Shown here: piece by piece, positions 23,912 to 24,398 of the stretch | How positions within the stretch are numbered: position 1 is the stretch's first letter | Layout: each line of letters begins with the position of its first letter | Origin: a virus | Taxonomy: Duplodnaviria > Caudoviricetes | Reading direction: 5' to 3' (one strand) | DNA: 24,398 bases | IMG/VR virus record: IMGVR_UViG_3300045192_000015 | Span: 1-24,398 of that record | The notes under the pieces: model-generated | Databases searched by the model: none | What the model was told of the DNA's origin: nothing | The model's input: only the letters and a program-made list of their open reading frames with translations | Program-made: the position numbers and the translations under genes

Positions 23912-24398
23912 TCACAAAGGTTCGAGGATTGCAAGAGGCATAATTGCTGGCGTCGATCTTCCAAAGAAATCGATATCAACCACCGCGTTACCCTTTCCAT
24001 CGTGACCGCCTGAAACAATCTCTCCATTGCGCCCGGCAAATATCCCATCACGAATATGAACTTTCATACCTCGCTTGAATACAGCTTGGGGCACCTCATG
24101 ATCAAAATGACCGCTCTCTGCTTTCTCGTTGAAAGACAATACCTTATCGGCTGAAACGAGGTGAGGATTTTCATAACCTCCAAGTATGCCAGCGACATAC
24201 TCAAAGCTCAATAATGCAGCCATGGTGTCATTTGAAATGATGCAGCGGGCGAAGATGTAACCAATGAAAATCGGTTCTTTTCTAGGTGGGATAACACGAT
24301 GACGCTTGCGTATTTCCTTGCCCAATTTCATGGGGACAAGTGTTTCGATATCAGCATCCAATAGAGCGTTACCCACAGCGATTTCACGGCCAGTCATC
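23912..24398 (-). CDS. NusG/RfaH-family transcription antitermination factor paralogue (5' end probably outside the window)
   Basis: NGN domain (TGRE, VP, PIFIGYIF, V.GILG) and KOW domain (G.KVHIRDGIFAGRNGEI, IDFFGRSTP). Confidence 0.9.
   Translation of the reverse strand, partial: MTGREIAVGNALLDADIETLVPMKLGKEIRKRHRVIPPRKEPIFIGYIFARCIISNDTMAALLSFEYVAGILGGYENPHLVSADKVLSFNEKAESGHFDHEVPQAVFKRGMKVHIRDGIFAGRNGEIVSGGHDGKGNAVVDIDFFGRSTPAIMPLAILEPL

Overview
The window is a temperate phage/prophage late (morphogenesis) operon read on the minus strand. In transcription order (right to left): a NusG-family (NGN+KOW) paralogue cut by the window edge; a structured non-coding leader ending in an intrinsic terminator; a gpZ-like gene; a lambda-like cos site; TerS, gpA-like TerL, gpW, lambda-family portal, HK97-type protease, major capsid, DUF2190-like and head-tail joining genes; then a P2-type contractile tail module (short gpV, separate PAAR, gp25/W, J, I, collar-like protein, large VrlC/DUF4815-like protein, fibre and chaperone, sheath, tube, frameshifted E/E', tape measure, U, X). 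Two small plus-strand cargo genes lie antisense inside the operon. Protein style suggests an alphaproteobacterial (Rhizobiales-like) host, which is inference only. The best candidates for novelty are a NusG-paralogue antitermination cassette (structured RNA, ops-like element, terminator), a capsid protein with a signal-peptide-like N-terminus, and a TerS with an extra IS630-like HTH next to a cos site with exact lambda spacing. All family calls come from motif recognition and gene order, not database searches.
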